From positions 16,492,001 to 16,556,000 of the forward strand of contig OZ024743.1 in assembly GCA_964016885.1 (NCBI GenBank): a stretch of DNA of 64,000 nt, read 5' to 3'. This document shows, one piece after another, positions 9,265 through 21,499 of the stretch; position 1 is the first letter of the stretch; every line of letters starts with the position of its first letter. Position numbers and translations under genes: made by a program. This DNA is from Eledone cirrhosa. Lineage: Eukaryota. The notes under the pieces were generated by a model. The model made no database searches. It saw only the letters and a program-made list of their open reading frames with translations, and had not been told where the DNA came from.

Positions 9265-12200
9265 ATGACCTCACTCAGAATAGGCAGCATAAATGCGCGT
9301 GGCTTGGGGTCGTCATGGAAGCAGGGTCACCTGCTCAACGACCTCAGGTCACTAAACATAGATGTAGCGGCCATCAGCGAGACCAGAATCTCCGAAGCAC
9401 GGGCCTTCGCACCGATCTTCGGCGGCTACGATGTGTACGCATCTCCCAGCCGTCCTGGATCCGGTGGAGGAGTTGCTGTACTTTTTCGGAGAGGATTGGA
9501 TCTCGCCATACGGGCCATCTTCCTGGACCCAGAGGGTAAGCTGGTGGTGCTGGACGTGACCAGCGGAGACGGGCAAGCTTTCAGGCTAGTGGCCGTCTAT
9601 GCCCCGACAGGAGCAGGGCGGCCTGATTTCTTCCGGCGTCTGGAGACCTTTCTTGGAACGTCCCGCTCTTTAGTGTTAGTGGGCGACTGGAACGGGATCT
9701 TAGATGCACGCTGGGACTGTGTGGGATTAGCGGATAGGGGTGGAGGGTGCAAGAGCCTCACCAACCTGCTCAGGCGTTTTGAACTGTCTGACAGGTACCG
9801 ATTGGATTTCCCGAATGTGCCAATGTGGACTTGGACAAACCGCATAGGGTCATCCAGATCATATCTAGATAGAGTATTTTGTAGGGAAATAGATAGGTCT
9901 AGCATAGGCTGTCCACAATTCAAGATAGTCAGCTACACGGACCACAAATTCGTGATCTGTGTGCTTGACTTAGATAGGCTTCATAGACGAGGACCCGGCT
10001 ACTGGAAGCTAAACGCGTCCTTACCAGCGCGCAAGGCCTACAGAGACCGGATTAGCGAACTAGTTAAGCGGGCGTTGACGGGGGCCATCGTCAACAACAA
10101 GTGGTGGTTTGCTCTGAAAAGAGCGATTAGAATAGAATCGATTAGATTTAGTAAGGCTTTAGCAATAGAGAAAAATAGAGCAGAGGGAGAACTAGTTAGA
10201 AAATTAGACGAGGCGCTTAGCAAAGGCATTGCGACCGACGTGCTTGCGGCGAAATTGGCCCTTGACCAATTCTTCAATGCAAAGCACGAAGGCTGCGTTG
10301 TCAGAGCAAGGGTGCGTGCTCTCAGACACGAGGGGACGAAAGCCGTTCAATGGGCCCGAGTGGCGGAGGCGCGTCGTGGCAACAAAGCCACGATCCGGTC
10401 TTTGGTGGACCACGACGGGCGCATGCTACTCGATCCCGGGCAAATGTGTGAAGCTTTTCAGCGACACTTCGCTCAGCTGTTCGGGGGCAGCGGTGGGCCG
10501 GGTAGAGGGATGGACTTTAGTGTCTACCTCGACGGACTGCCGCGGCTCTCGGCCACTGAGGCGAAGTGTTGCGAAAAGCCGATAACAGCCGCTGAAGTAA
10601 GGGAGGCAATGACTGGCTGCACAAGGGGTAAATCGCCTGGTTTGGATGGTCTGCCCTATGAACTTTACGTACAGATGCCAGACTTGTTCGGAGGCCTCTT
10701 GGCGGACGTCTACTGCAACTGGCAACAGAACGGGAGAATTCCCAGTTCTGTGAGCCGAGGAGCGGTGGCACTGCTGAGAAAGGATCCGAACAAGGGGGAT
10801 AACATAGAAAATTTCCGGCCCATAACTCTGCTAAACACAGAGTTTAAGATTTTGGCCAAGGTGCTAGCAAAGAGGTTGGCGCTTGTCGTTGGTGGTCTGG
10901 TGGGAGAGGCGCAGACATGCGCCATTCCCGACAGATCCATCCACGACAACCTCCACCTCATGCCATACATCGTAGAGAGGGTAGCTAGGGAACCTGGCAC
11001 GGGTGGGTCCTTGATCAATTTAGATCAGTCGAAAGCTTTCGATAGGGTCGACCATCGTTACCTAGCGGCAGTCCTGAGGGCGGCTGGCTTTGGGCCCGTC
11101 TTCAGAGGCTGGATCGCTGCCATGCACAGCGACATCTGCTCTGTGGTGAGAGTGAACGGTCACCTGTCGGAAACGTTCAATATCATGCGCTCGGTCCGCC
11201 AATGATGTCCCCTCTCGTCCCTCTTGTACGTATTGATACACGAGCCATTACTGCACAAACTGGTGACGTTGAGGTGTGTCCCCTGTACTAGGATGCGGAA
11301 GATCCGTGTCAGCATATGCGGACGATGTCACCGTAGTGGTGTCGAACACCAAACACATCGAGGCGATCGGCACTACACTAAGAGAATACGAAGCGGTGAC
11401 AGGAGCAATGATCAACCAGGAAAAGTCAGTGGGCCTGCAGCTCGGCACCTGGAGAGGCAGGTCCATGCCGTCCAACAGCGTCGTCGGACGCTGGACGGAC
11501 GGACCGGTTAAATTGCTAGGGGTCTGGTTCGGTCCGGACCTCCAGACGGACAAAAACTGGGACGAGGTGACGAGCAGGGTGGCTTCTCTCACCCAGAAAT
11601 GGGCCGAGAGGAAGCTATCCCTGAAAGGTCGAGCGGAGGTGGCTAACGCGTACATCGCGTCCGTCATCTGCTACCGCCTGGCCGTCGTACCTTGTCCTAA
11701 GCCTCGCCTGACTGTGCTGGAGCGTTTGCTCTTTCGCTTTTTGTGGAAGGGACGCGCTCCGATGGTCAGGCGGTCCATCTGTTGTCAACACCCGCTACGT
11801 GGAGGGCTGGGCATGCCGTGGCTGATGATGCGCAGGCACGCGCTCAGGCTACGACATCTCCACCTCTTCCTCGACGGTGATCAGGTGTGGTCGCCGTTTG
11901 CTAGACGCGTGTTTCCCCAGCTCGTTTCCTTGACGGAGCTGCAGTCCTGGGTCAAGCGAAGACCGAGAGGGAGCGCCTGGAGACTGGAATGTCTTCAGGC
12001 GCTCACAGCCCTCGACCAATCGGGCAATGTGATCGGTGGAAACTCCACCTCGGCGTTCTATAGAGGATTAGTGGAGGGGAAGAGCGACGACGTACTTGGG
12101 GAAACTCTAGGCGTCGACGAAAATCAACTAGCCAATCTCTTCGGAAGAACTTTCGGGCCAGGGCCTATGGACAACTTCCAGAAATCTCTGGCCTGGCAGT

Positions 12201-12682
12201 GCTACCGAGGAGCCTTGCCAGTTCGGGATAAACTCTACAGGCATGGAGGTGCCGTCAGCCGGGCATGTCCGAGATGCGCGCAGGGCGACGAAACCGTCCT
12301 GCACGCACTCGTCCAGTGTCCGAAAATTGCTGACTTGTGGGTTTATGTCGAACACCTGCTGTCGCGTTTAGGACGGATCCGGCTATCATCTGAGTCCATC
12401 GTGAGGATTGCCCCGCCCTCCTCCTTTAGCCGGGAAGGGCAGGCAGTTTTTATCTGCCTGGTGGCCATGGCGAAAGAGATAGTATGGTGGACACGTTTGA
12501 AAGGGCTGAAGACGAGCACTTACCTCTTCGGTGATGCTCTGATTGACTTTTTCAAATTTCATTTGAAAAGGAAAATCAGAGTAGAGAGGGAAGTGCTCTC
12601 TTCCCAGCATTTTGTTGAAAGATGGGTGAGAGAAGCAAGAATGGCCCGAGTGAATGGGCCTACTCTGCGCATATATCTGTAA
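9265..12682 (+). pseudogene. ORF2 (APE-RT-Zn) of copy A2, broken only by TGA 11203-11205 and a frameshift near 11285
   Basis: 646-aa and 468-aa ORFs are almost identical to the intact ORF2. Confidence 0.95.
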
Positions 12683-12930
12683 ATTAAAGGTGGAAAACTG
12701 GGAGAGGGCACTTGCCTTTGTGGTCAGGGTCATTGTGGCTTTTTACTGGGCTTTCTCCACAAATCTCCCTCCGAAGTCTCCCCCCTATTGGGGAATTTTT
12801 CATTGTTATTTTTTGTTACATCCTCTGTTTTTGTTTTTTACACGCAGAAATGCCCATTTGTACCGTCCTGCATTGTCCTGCACTGTCCTTAATGTCTACT
12901 TTATATAAACCCTTGTGGTTAATAAAGAAA

Positions 12931-12975
<45 letters not shown>

Positions 12976-13197
12976 TTATTATTGGCGACCTACGTAGTAA
13001 ATCGTATCATCGTAAGATTCGCAAAGTTTTGTTATTTTCAGTTGTTTAAAAATGCCATTCATGGAAAATTGTTATTGTTAACTGTATATAAGTGCACATA
13101 CATTGTTATCTGAAAAAGACACCCAAAAAGATTGGGGCCTTGAGCCCAAAACTTAAACTTTTATAATTATCAAACAAACATTTTTCTTTGAAAAATC

Positions 13198-15136
13198 ATG
13201 GCTGACTCAGAGTCACTCCTTTCTCACAAACTAAAACCTCACACCGAGACCACCATTGTAAATATTACTACGTTTGCCAACACTGAAATATAAACAGTAG
13301 CAATATTTTTAATTTGTCTCTGGCAGACATTCATTTCCCACCATTACCAATGACTGCAGATGTTAAAGCCGCCACCACCACCACCACCGCGACAACCACC
13401 ACCCTCACCACCACTGCGACAACAGAAACAAAAGAAAAAATAAATTAACTCGTGATATCGAAATGAATTCAACCAAAATGAACTCTTCCACACCGAACAC
13501 CACTGACGCCACCACCACCACAACTGAAACTAAAATTAATAATAACAAAAATAACGATAACAACAACAGCAACAATGACATTAAGAAAACCACCCTGATT
13601 TTGCCACAGTAGCAAAACAGTGCGAAGCATTTCAAGTAACTTAGGAGGAATTAGAAGAAACCAAAACAATAGTAAAGAAAGATGGGTACGGGGTCAGCCC
13701 CCCCCCACACCTAATAAAATGGAGTATCGGCGCCTATGCACCGTGTCCTATCTAACAATTAATATAAAATCGCGCCGATTGGAACTGGCATCCGAGTCTC
13801 AAATCCCAAATGCTTTGGGACATGTGTGGGCAAAAAACCCCACATCAGTCGTGGGCAGAAGTATGGAACCGTGGACGTGTTCTTTGAAACACCACAGGAG
13901 GCTAGAAAACACTCCATGGCCCCATTAAGAAGTGACGACTTCACACTCGTCCCAAGCTATTGTGGCCAGAGACTCGTAAAGATCAGCGTCACCCATGTTC
14001 CACCGACCCTGAAATTCCCTGGCTAATAGCTGCCGTCCTCGCCAGCATCGAAGCCAACACCAAGATAATCGAAATAGCGAAAGAAAAGCAGGAGAACTGG
14101 TCCGGATCTGGGATGGAGCTCCTGATCCAAGCGGACCAAAAAAGCATTGAGGAGATCCCAGAGGTAATAGACCTCACTGACGGCAGCCACCTCACCGTAA
14201 TTGTCGAGGGCAGAAGGCCTAGGTGTGTCGTTTGTGGTGAAGGAACCCACCTAAGGGCTTTCTGCCCTCAGGCTAAAAGGTTGAGGCCACCTCTCCTAAC
14301 CATCCCAGTGACTCAACCATCAACACCGCCAGCAGCAGAGATGGCAGCAACAACTGTAGCAGCAACAACAGAAGCAACTGTAACCACAACAACCCCAGCA
14401 AAAGTAGCAAAACCAACATCACCACCACCCAACGCGTCAGAACTAGCACCAGCGCCTACACCATCCACCACGCCACAACCAAAACTAACGCCTGTGGAGG
14501 ATCTTCCACTCCCCGGCCTATCACAACTGGAGACAGATTGTGACGACGAGGAGTGGTAAACGGTATCAGGAAAAAAGTAAAAAAGAACCCCAAAAGAAAA
14601 AAATTCTCTTCCTTCCCCTTCCAAAAACAAAATACAGAGGCAAACAAATATACTATCAAACAAAAAAGTTAGGACAGATATGCCACCATCCACACCAGCA
14701 TCATCAACCCCATCACCCCAAACACCAACACCATCACCATCATTAACCACAACACCACCATCACCTACAACACAAAAGTCACCAAAAAGCGAAACAGAAA
14801 CAAACCCACAACAAACACAAATAAAACAAAACAACCAAAACTATACACACTACACAGCATTAAATTTGAACAACCAATTATTACACTACATCCAACACAA
14901 CACCAGCATCACAGAAAAAAATACACAAAAACCCAAAAGTTCACACCAACTCCACAAAACAAACCACTCGCTTCATACAGAAAACGTACATGACACTAAA
15001 ACAAAAATTCCACAAAGAAATCGGAGACTTCCGACAAGCACTCTCCAGGAGGATTTATAAAGACATCCTTCCTGATGAGGCCACAAGCAGTGAAAATGAT
15101 GGAGAAACCGTCCTTCCTCTACGAGAAGGAAGGTAA
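13198..15136 (+). pseudogene. ORF1 of variant B, frameshifted
   Basis: ATG 13198; fragments 13826-14026, 13960-14559, 14680-15060; CCHC knuckle; ends AGG TAA, equivalent to CGG TAA in A. Confidence 0.85.
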
Positions 15137-15170
15137 GTGGTCTTTCCCATCTTTTCCACTACATTTCAAC

Positions 15171-18100
15171 ATGACCTCACTCAAAATAGGCAGCATAAAT
15201 GCGCGTGGCTTGGGACCGTCATGGAAGCAGGGCCACCTGCTCAACGACCTCAGATCACTAAACATATATGTAGTGGCCATCAGCGAGACCAGAATACGGA
15301 AGCACGGGCCTTCGCACCGATCTTTGGCTGCTACAATGTGTACGCATCTCCCAGCCGCCTGGGATCGGGGGGGGGGGCGTAGTTGCTGTGTACTTTCGGA
15401 GAGGTTTGGATATTGCCATACGGGCCATCTTCCTGGACACAGAAGGGAAGTTGGTGGTGCTGGAGGTGACCAGCGGAGACGGGCAAGCTTTCAGGCTAGT
15501 GGCCGTCTATGCTCCGACAGGAGCAGGGCGGCCTGATTTCTTCCGGCGTCTGGAGAACTTTCTTAGAACGTCCCGCTCTTTAGTGTTAGTGGGCGACTGG
15601 AACGGGATCTTAGATGCACGCTGGGACTGTGCGGGATTAGCGGATAGGGGAGGAGGGTGCAGGAGTCTCACCAACCTGCTCATGCGTTTTGAACTATCTG
15701 ACAGGTACCGATTGGATTTCCCGGATGTGCCAATGTGGACTTGGACAAATCGCATATGGTCATCCAGATCATATCTAGATAGAGTATTTTGTAGGGAAAT
15801 AGATAGGTCTAGCATAGGCTGTCCACAATTCAAGACAGTCAGCTACACGGACCACAAATTCGTGATCTGTGTGCTTGACTTAGATAGGCTTCGTAGACGA
15901 GGACCCGGCTACTGGAAGCTAAACGTCTCCTTACCAGCGCGCAAGGCCTACAGAGACCGGATTAGCGAACAAGTTAAGCGGGCGTTGACGGGGGCCATCG
16001 TCAACAACAAGTGCTGGTTTGCTCTGAAAAGAGCAATTAGAATAGAGTCCATTAGGTTTAGTAAGGCTGTAGCAATAGAGAAAAATAGAGCAGAATTAGT
16101 TAGAAAATTAGACGAGCCGCTTAGCATAGGCATCGCGACCGACGTACTTGCGGCGAAATTGGCCCTTCACCAATTCTTCAATGCAAAGCACGAAGGCTGC
16201 GTTGTCAGAGCTAGATTGCCTGCTCTCAGACACGAGGGGACAAAAGCCGTTCAATGGGCCCGAGTGGGGGAGGCGCGGCCTGGCAACAAAGCCACGATCC
16301 GGTCTTTGGTGGACCACGACGGGCGCATGCTACTCGATCCCTGGAAAATGTGTGAAGCTTTTCAGCGACACTTCGCACCGCTGTTCGGGGACAGCGGCGG
16401 GCCGGATCGAGAGATGGATTTTAGTGTCTACCTCGACGGACTGCCGCGGCTCTCGGCCACTGAGGCGGAGTGTTGCGAAAAGCCGATAACAGCCGCTGAA
16501 GTACGGGAGGCAATGACTGGCTGCATAACGGGTAAATCGCCTGGTTTGGATGATCTGCCCTATGGACTTTACGTACAGATGCCAGACTTGTTCAGAGGCT
16601 TCTTGTCGGACGTCTACTGCAACTGGCAACAGAACGGGAGAATTCCCAGCTCTGTGAGCCGAGGAGCGGTGGCGCTGCTGAGAAAGGATCCGAACAATGG
16701 GGATAATATAGATAATTTCAGGCCCATACTGTGCTATACACAGAGTTCAAGATTTTGGCCAAGTTGCTAGCAAAGAGGTTGGCGCTTGTCGTTGGTGGTG
16801 TGCGCCATTCCCGACAGATCCATCCACGACAACCTCCACCTCATGCGATACATCGTAGAGAGGGTAGCTATGGAACCTGGCACGGGTGGGTCCTTGATCA
16901 ATTTAGATCAGTCGAAAGCTTTCATTAGGGTCGACCATCGTTACATAGCGGCAGTCCTGAGGGCGGCTGGCTTTGGGCCCGTCTTCAGAGGCTGGATCGC
17001 TGCCATGCACAGCGACATCTGCTCTGTGGTGAGAGTGAACGGTCACCTTTCGGAACCGTTCAACATCATGCGCTCGGTCCGCCAATGATGTCCCCTCTCG
17101 TCCCTCTTGTACGTATTGATACACGAGCCATTACTGCACAAACTGGTGACGTTGAGGTGTGTCCCCTGTACTAGGATGCGGAAGATCCGTGTCAGCATAT
17201 GCGGACGATGTCACCGTAGTGGTGTCGAACGCCCAACAAATAGAGGAGATCGGCACTACAATAAGAGAATACGAAGCTGTGACAGGAGCAATGATCAACC
17301 AGGAAAAGTCAGTGGGCCTGCAGCTCGGCACCTGGAGAGGCAGGTCCATGCCGTCCAACAGAGTCGTCGGGCGCTGGAGGGACGGACCGGTTAATTTGCT
17401 AGGGGTCTGTCAGACGGACAAACACTGGGACGAGGTGACGAGCAGATTTGCTCCTCTCACCCATAAATGGGCGGAGAGTAAGCTATCCCTGAAAGGTCGA
17501 GCGGAGGTGGCTAACACGTACATCGCGTCCGTCATCTACTACCGGCTGACCGTTATAACTTGTCCTAAGCCCCGCCTGACTGCACTGGAGCGTTTGCTCT
17601 TTCGCTTTTTGTGGAAGGCACGCGCTCCTATGGTCAGGCGGTCCATCTGCTGTCAACACCCGCTATGTGGAGGGCTGGGCATGCCGTGGCTAATGATGCC
17701 CAGACACGCGCTCAGGCTACGACATCTCCACCTCTTCCTCGACGGGTATCAGGTGTGGTCGCCGTTTTCTAGACACGTCTTTCCCCAGAGCTGCAGTCCT
17801 GGGTCAAGCGAAGACCGAGAGGGAGCGCTTGGAGACTGGAATGTCTTCAGGCGCTCACAGCCCTCGACTAATCGGGCAATGTGATCGGTGGAAACTCCAC
17901 ATTGGCGTTCTATAGAGGATTAGTGGAGGGGAAGAGCGACGATGCACTTGGGGAAACTCTAGGCGTCGACGAAAATCAACTAGCCAATCTCTTCGGAAGG
18001 ACTTTCGGTCCTGGGCCTATGGACAACTTCCAGAAATCCCTGGCCTGGCAGTGCTACCGAGCAGCTTTGCCAGTTCGGGATAAACTCTACAGGCATGGAG

Positions 18101-18534
18101 GTGCCTTCACCCGGGCATGTCCGAGATGCGCGCAGGGCGACGAAACCGTCCTGCACGCACTCGTCCAGTGTCCGAGCATGCTGACTTGTGGGTTTATGTC
18201 GAAGACCTGCTGTCATGTGTAGGACGGCTCCAGCTATCAGCTGAGTCCATCGTGAGGATTTGCCGGCCCTCTCCCTGTACCCGGGAAGGGCAGGCATTTT
18301 TTATTTGTCTGGTGGCCATGGCGAAAGAGATAGTATGGTGGACACGTTTGAAAGGGCTGAAGACGAGCACTTACCACTTCGGTGATGCCCTTATTAAGTT
18401 TTTAAAATTTCATTTGAAAAGGAAAATCAGGGTAGAGGGGGAAGTGCTCTCTTCCCAGCATTTTGTTGAAAGATGGGTGAGAGAAGCAATTATGGCCCGA
18501 GTGAATGGGTCACACTCTGAGTTTTTGTCTGTAA
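15171..18534 (+). pseudogene. ORF2 (APE-RT-Zn) of variant B, multiple frameshifts
   Basis: MTSLKIGSINARG start; fragments 15388-16770, 16786-17088, 17159-17884, 17881-18222, 18117-18539. Confidence 0.92.
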
Positions 18535-19068
18535 ATTAAAGGTGGAAAACTGGGAGAGGGCACTTTCCCTGGTGGTCAGGGACACTGTGGCCTTTTAATG
18601 GGCTTTCCACAAATGTCCCTCGGAAGTCTCCCTCCTATTGGGAAATTTTTCATTGTTATTTTTTATTACATCCTCTGTTTTTTTTACACGCAGAAATGCC
18701 CATTTGTAGCATTCTGTATTGTCCTGTACTGCCCTTAATGTCTACTTTACGTAAACCATTGTGGTTAACAAAGAAAGCATTATTATTAATATTATTGTTA
18801 TTATTATTATTATCTTGTCATATTATTCTTTTAATATTGATTTAGGCATTAAATAACAATTTAATTTTTATTAAACCAAAATCTTAGTCACCATCTTGTT
18901 ACGGCAAAAACAATAACAGTGTATGTACGTTTAATGATTAGAATCTACACAACCTATCCATCAAGAATTTTCTCAATTCACATTTCTCTTATAAAAAAGA
19001 GAATTTCATTTTACCAATCGATTTTTTATTTCTTGTTATTATGGAATTATCTTATTATCTCTCTCTTC

Positions 19069-19108
19069 ATATATATATATATATATGCACATAGATACAA
19101 ATAAATAA

Positions 19109-19170
<62 letters not shown>

Positions 19171-19207
19171 TTGTATCTATATATATATATGCACATATAT
19201 ACAAATA

Positions 19208-19249
<42 letters not shown>

Positions 19250-19272
19250 AACATATATATGTATGTGTGTGT
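19069..19272. repeat. (TA)n microsatellite cluster
   Basis: Read directly. Confidence 0.95.
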
Positions 19273-20748
19273 GACAAGTCTGTCTATTTAAACATATCGC
19301 ATCACGACAAGCTAACTTTCTGTTTTTTCGTAACGAAAACATACGTAGTATGAATTAAATTCGCAAGGCATAAAATTGCATGAATTTAAATGCCCCTTAT
19401 GTACTCCTTTGCTAGAACAAATAAAGTACCAAAATAGTGGGATTAAAAATATACAATATACTTAACCAGTAAAATTTGGGGTTATAATGCCTGAATGTTG
19501 GTCTCTGAGTAACGTACTTAAATTGTGATTTGCTCGAATAAGGCCACCAAAAGCTGCAGCTATGTTACATTGATTTTAAACAATCATGTAGCATCGTCCT
19601 TCAAGTGTGGTAACAAGGCATGCTTTCGAGACATAAAGGGTTCCGTTCGAAATATATAACACAAACAAATAGGCGATGTGAGGAGCGAGTTAAATGCAAA
19701 CAGCTTGCGTATCCCAGAATGGAAGGGAGAACATTTAATGGTGTGCAAATGGAATGTTATGACCCCTACATCTAAGGAGCAATACTGGATGAAGGAGCAT
19801 AGGTATTACTGGGTTTCCTGCAACAAAACGTTGTACATTTGTTATTGTAGGTTGATCTAGATGAATTTTGCAAATAACACTTTTCATGTTTGGTGTCAGA
19901 AAAGAAGGCGGGAGTGCGGATGCTCACAAACCACCGCCTCTCTGAATTAATTATTGAATGGAACATATTTGTATGGAAGATTTCCTTATTGAATCTTAGG
20001 CTGAAAGAAATGCATCTGTGTATATTGCAAGTATATTAACAAATCAGAGTGACCGAATACAGATTCTACATTGATTGATTCGCTGTCTGTGTGTGATGAA
20101 TCTAAATTTGAATTCAAGAAATGGCAGCACGACCACTGACACAAACACTGACAGGTAAAAACAGTTTTATTAGTATCATGCTGTATAAATATATAGTTAA
20201 AAACAGTCAGACACCCACACAGGCACTCACAACCATAAGTTTATATACATAAATCGCAATGTGTTTGTATATGCGTGCATATACTTAAGTCTGAGTTGGT
20301 CTGAGTGGGTTACAATTGCCATTTGCAGTGTTGTCAGTTTGGAAGTAAACAAAGTATATAACATTATTTACTGAATATCATATGTCTACCAAATGTGTAT
20401 TCCGTTAGTAGAGTCTGTTTCAGTTAAAGTTATGCAGGCAGAAATAGAGAGATATAAATAGAGGAGAGACAGATACATAGAGACACAAATAATAAATATA
20501 TTTCTGATGTTTATGTTGAATGTGATAATGGCGAATAACAGTGCCGATGTTTATCGTGACTGTTTGATTACATTTCATGACGTGTAAATGTGTGATGACG
20601 GCTGCTATTGTGATATATATTGATGGTGAAGTTAGTAATGATTAAGAAAATACAGAAAAAACAAGGATAAAGTATGTACATCCGTTTGTTTATTTCATAC
20701 ATTATTATTATTATTCTATAACCATGAGCATATAACACACACACACAT

Positions 20749-20782
<34 letters not shown>

Positions 20783-21037
20783 TAAAATAACAGATTAAAG
20801 TTTATGCTAAGAATCGATGCTTTCACCCTTAACGGGATCTTCTGAAACTACAAAAATCAATCTGTGAACGTAGAAGTAAATATTTCGAAAAATGTTGCAG
20901 CCAAAGGAAGACAGGAAGACGATACTTTAGTTCGTGGAGACGTTACCTGGCAAATAACGAAAAAAAACGAACATAATATGTCATTATTTGCAGGGCCGGA
21001 TTTAGATTTGATGAGGTCCTAAGCTATTTGAGATAAT

Positions 21038-21128
21038 TGTTTCTTCTATTGGCACAAGGCCAGCAATTACCCAGTAGATTACTGGTACTTTATTTTATCG
21101 ACCCTGTAAGGATGAAAGGCAAAGTTAA
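21038..21128 (-). mobile_element. 5'-truncated SINE inserted in the hAT subterminal region
   Basis: Matches the 3' half of the SINEs at 33505 and 53607; flanked by a 19-bp TSD CTAAGCTA(T/G)TTGAGATAAT (21019-21037 and 21129-21147). Confidence 0.9.
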
Positions 21129-21499
21129 CTAAGCTAGTTGAGATAATGGGGCCCTTTATATGTCCAGATGTCCTATGTCAACGACAAGTTGTCGCTGTCT
21201 TTTGTGTTTAATATACTATATGATTTTTAAGACCTAATAGATCTCGGAGCCATTTGCACTTGATCAAATATGTATTTTATCAAAGTAGTTGTTAAATTGA
21301 AATACAATTAAGAAGAAGTATATTAATAGTGAAATAATCATTAATCTTTAACTCAAATTTGTTTTTTATTCATAATAAACTTAATAATGCACAACTTCGG
21401 TAAAAAAACAAAAGTTATTTTAAAGAACACAATTTACAAAGGCTTATAATCTAATCTCTAGAAACTTGCTATAAGGAATAATTATATTAATGCATCTAC

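Larger units (their letters stand above)
6917..12983 (+). mobile_element. Tx1-clade retrotransposon family A, copy A2 (young, full length) with (TTA)n tail
   Basis: Begins GAATGCCATGG directly after the A1 tail; near-identical by eye to copy A3; tail 12933-12983. Confidence 0.97.
12984..18813 (+). mobile_element. Tx1-clade retrotransposon variant B: distinct 5'UTR/ORF1 joined to A-like ORF2 and 3'UTR (decayed)
   Basis: Starts GGCGACCTACGTAGTAAATCG after (TTA)n; ORF1 resembles A mainly at protein level (SRGQKYGTVDVFFETPQEA, VPSYCGQ, CVVCGEGTHLRAFC); aligns closely to A at DNA level from about 15110; degenerate (TTA)n tail 18779-18813. Confidence 0.92.

Noticed and set aside
886-18813. Interpretation as a telomeric retrotransposon array or an LTR element
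   Set aside because: No TTAGGG/TTAGG repeats, arrays are interstitial and in both orientations; no LTRs, protease or integrase.
18919-20780. Apparently unique sequence with short ORFs and a possible donor (ACAG|GTAAAA near 20153)
   Set aside because: No recognisable protein similarity or complete exon structure; a host exon cannot be supported.
20815-20850. Hammerhead-like CAGAAGA-TCCC-GTTAA-GGG-TGAAA in PLE1 pLTRs (also about 27705-27730 and 28030-28055)
   Set aside because: The core has A at U4 in all three copies and I could not build stems I and III; not called a ribozyme.
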